Positions 63,723 through 64,000 of a stretch of DNA of 64,000 bases are shown here, piece after piece (positions within the stretch are counted from its first letter, which is position 1; each line of letters starts with the position of its first letter). The notes beneath the pieces were generated by a model that saw only the letters and a program-made list of their open reading frames with translations, had not been told where the DNA came from and made no database searches. Position numbers and translations under genes: made by a program. The stretch is from Azolla caroliniana (lineage: Eukaryota > Plantae > Polypodiophyta), in assembly GCA_043228905.1 (NCBI GenBank), contig JBHGNT010000013.1, positions 15,872,001-15,936,000 on the forward strand. Reading direction: 5' to 3'.

Positions 63723-63908
63723 CACAAAAGAGTCTTTCTATTCCATAGAAAACAATAATACAACCAACCTTACAAAAAGGTTACAAGGTCACTTTATATA
63801 GTGACCGACTTAGGGCAACTACCCTTTATGCTAATTACACAAATGGCCCAGACTTGAGCTATACAAAAGGATAGTGTGAATATGTCCATTATACACTTGT
63901 ATTCGACA
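58345..63908 (-). mobile_element. Intact, very young Ty1/copia element (3' LTR 58345-58670, 5' LTR 63585-63908, PBS tRNA-iMet 63571-63582)
   Basis: LTRs identical except for one GA unit; TSD GTTGA (58340-58344, 63909-63913); PPT GGGGGAG at 58671-58677. Confidence 0.97.
58865..62896 (-). CDS. Copia gag-pol polyprotein, uninterrupted (1343 aa from ATG)
   Basis: CNYCKKPGHIKADC, WLLDSGAS, WHRRLGH...[52 protein letters not shown]. Confidence 0.96.
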   Translation of the reverse strand: MASTSGSSEMSLRKFDGSNFNFWKEQMQDYLIVKGQIDPIENEEPPEGYKPIEWQKLDRIVRATIRMHLSESVYFTVQSCTTAFELWKTLSGTYEKKVAATKMFLIRRLYNLRMKESDSVQAHLNEYESISSQISSQGTAIEDELRAMILMSSLPSSWETFVTTMCNASTTAVKYSEVTSAILTKAARRKSFAKDSTDDAYVVQGSTDRSNIRGRDSSRQPNNQRRRSQSRDNRICNYCKKPGHIKADCRALKNKNDKSQKSDKKSGRHEEINYVSFSADVLPNDPNILSIENPVGSEVLLTTEESSTWLLDSGASFHVTPHRSQFRQYTTRHSDSVRVGNSQHCDIIGIGTVELNLAGGSTLVLHNVRHVPELSRPLISVGQLDEDGIRAGFSSGGWTLHRGNLLLARGPKIHSLYPLHVTLREGNLFLVDIPVSSLWHRRLGHLSKAGITHLSRAGYIPKLSFSDHQFCEHCQYGKQAAASHPTSAPRETRPLDLVHSDVCGPMPHQSLSGASYFVSFIDDSTRKVWAYPIRTKDRVFSIFSDWLAMVENQTDRKLKCFRTDNGGEFKSEEFVKFCRQRGIRREFTAPHSPEQNGIAERMNRTIQERIVSMLQHSGLSDGFWAEALLTAVHIINMSPSRPLGLQIPQELWIGSKPNYDKLRIFGCEAYALIPKDDRRKLAPRSRKCIFLGYGSDGEMGYRLWDPERRQIVRSSDVVFNESAMTPSVKTPIEVRRVTFSDVPTLQEGPALNTRSASRVAEPYTTDSDNSDSAQQNNSLSDHPTSIPDTTSPVIPRRSERLSQPPERYSPGIFFTDAGEPTSYEEASTSVDSATWHLAMESEMHSIRANKTWDLVELPKNRRALPCKWVYRLKETSDSTTPKYKARLVAKGFRQEYGVDFDEIFSPVVKMTTLRFLLGVVAADNLELIQLDVKTAFLHGDLEEEIYMEQPKGFVATGQEHLVCRLRKSLYGLKQAPRQWYKKFDDFIQSIGFSKSDEDHCLFTNTAQDGSPIFLIIYVDDMLISGRHAGELADLVRQLRLKFAMKDLGPARHILGMKISRHRDKRHLFLSQTDYIGRVLERFNMQSAKSASTPLPINLRLSQRDCPTSGPEGEDMKSVPYAPAVGSLMYLMVATRPDISHAVGVVSRFMHNPGRSHWNAVKHVFRYLAGTKDHGILFGPNRTSGVVGYTDSDFAGCIDSRKSTIGYCFKFGNGAISWKSKLQECTATSTTEAEYVAASDAAKEALWLGRLAHTFRQVDHDSAPVVYSDSQGVVALSKNPVHHNASKHIDVRYHFVRDCVISGKIGLEKISTTDNVADGMTKCLSADRFRSLRHQMGVTTNQSG

Positions 63909-64000
63909 GTTGACCCAAGACATGGCACAAATGATAGCACTAGCAAGAAACCCACGCGATACCCACCAAGAAAGTGAGCAGTTGTGACCCCCATTGAAAC

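Overview
Eukaryotic, plant-like genomic DNA; the transposon mix suggests a non-seed plant such as a fern, but this is inference. The first ~15 kb is AT-rich and holds one apparently intact three-exon Raf-like (STY/HT1-type) protein kinase gene (11716-13614), a truncated nsLTP pseudogene, PPR relics, a LINE 3' fragment and old LTR remnants. From ~15.9 kb to the end the window is a deeply nested stack of LTR retrotransposons. These include Ty1/copia elements (one intact with essentially identical LTRs at 58345-63908, one near-intact at 49913-55452, several decayed) and chromodomain-bearing Ty3/gypsy remnants. They also include six insertions (three full-length, three solo LTRs) of an unusual non-chromodomain Ty3/gypsy family, which is the main finding. 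This family is primed by tRNA-Trp, has TGTCG...CGACA LTR ends, encodes the protease in ORF1, and has a conserved GGATTTT slippery site plus a covarying H-type pseudoknot between protease and RT. All six insertions have 4-bp target-site duplications centred on a CpG (RCGK in element orientation), suggesting CpG-directed integration. Other oddities are a tRNA-like cassette forming the end of a copia LTR, a ~28-unit hairpin minisatellite, and a telomere-like filler inside a pol gene. All coordinates, TSDs and alignments were read by eye.
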